Of a stretch of DNA of 45,310 nucleotides, positions 44,856-45,310 are shown one piece after another. The DNA comes from a virus. Lineage: Duplodnaviria > Caudoviricetes. The stretch lies in IMG/VR virus record IMGVR_UViG_3300014613_000009, positions 1 through 45,310 of that record; one strand, written 5' to 3'. The translations under genes and the position numbers were made by a program. The notes under the pieces are model-generated. The model searched no databases and had not been told where the DNA came from. It saw nothing but the letters and a program-made list of their open reading frames with translations. Numbering within the stretch: the first letter of the stretch is position 1; each line of letters starts with the position of its first letter.

Positions 44856-45281
44856 ATGACTGATAAAATCTCACAACTCGATAGTTATCAAGTAGCCAAA
44901 AAAATAGAAGAGAAAATTAAATTATTAGAATATGCCCGCACACAAGAGATTGATTCTGCTGCCGAAGAAAAGAAACAGACGAAAATAAACGAAGGTAATG
45001 CCGAAGCCGAATACGATAAACAAATGGCTATAATCTTAATCAAACTGGAAAACGGGGTAGAATTAGAACTGGCGGGACTGAAAATCAAGAATCCCAAAGC
45101 GTCTAATGCTGATAGAATCGCAAAAGGAATCTGTTGGGAACAAAAATTAAATCTTGGTAAAGCTACTGCTTTATTTAAGGCGTCTGAAACAAATTATAAT
45201 AAGATTATTAAAAAGATTGAAGCAATAGAAGCAGAACTGAACGGATACCAAAGCATATTCAGGTGGCAAAGCGAGGTCTAA
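44856..45281 (+). CDS. Coiled-coil hypothetical protein
   Basis: Start at MTDKISQ; helical; ends at the junction. Confidence 0.7.
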   Translation: MTDKISQLDSYQVAKKIEEKIKLLEYARTQEIDSAAEEKKQTKINEGNAEAEYDKQMAIILIKLENGVELELAGLKIKNPKASNADRIAKGICWEQKLNLGKATALFKASETNYNKIIKKIEAIEAELNGYQSIFRWQSEV

Positions 45282-45310
45282 TGGCAAAAAGTAAATATGA
45301 AATTTGGCGA
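45188..45310. repeat. Terminal direct repeat (circular assembly overlap), copy 2
   Basis: Identical to 1-123. Confidence 0.97.

Overview
The window is an apparently complete circular genome of a tailed dsDNA phage. Bases 1-123 equal 45188-45310, giving a unit length of about 45,187 bp. The minus strand (about 6.5-34.9 kb) carries a podovirus late module of the BPP-1/T7-like type: small terminase, lambda gpA-type large terminase, head-tail connector portal, scaffold, major capsid, tail tubular proteins A and B, internal virion proteins, fibre-like proteins and holin-like genes. The plus strand (35.3 kb through the junction to 6.5 kb) carries the early and replication genes: an O-like initiator with iterons, a DnaC-like ATPase, a DNA methyltransferase, a DUF5131-like radical SAM protein, a PD-(D/E)XK nuclease, an SSB-like protein, an Hjc-like resolvase and many small ORFs. 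I recognise no integrase, repressor, polymerase or endolysin. Dockerin-like NWL tails and D/E-x-N-rich exported proteins suggest a Phycisphaerae (Planctomycetota) host (inference). Most unusual: (1) fibre and head-appendage proteins carry signal peptides and D/E-x-N motifs, including an exact 11-residue-periodic array, and one has a cryptic dockerin tail in the -1 frame, suggesting virion appendages that pass through the host export pathway; (2) a rich RNA layer: a 200-nt tRNA-shaped RNA among stem-GGAAUYAUA units, and three promoter leaders of unrelated sequence that share an A-B-A'-B' pairing topology; (3) a split tail tubular B gene and a frameshifted methyltransferase. All calls come from reading the sequence by eye; no database search was run.
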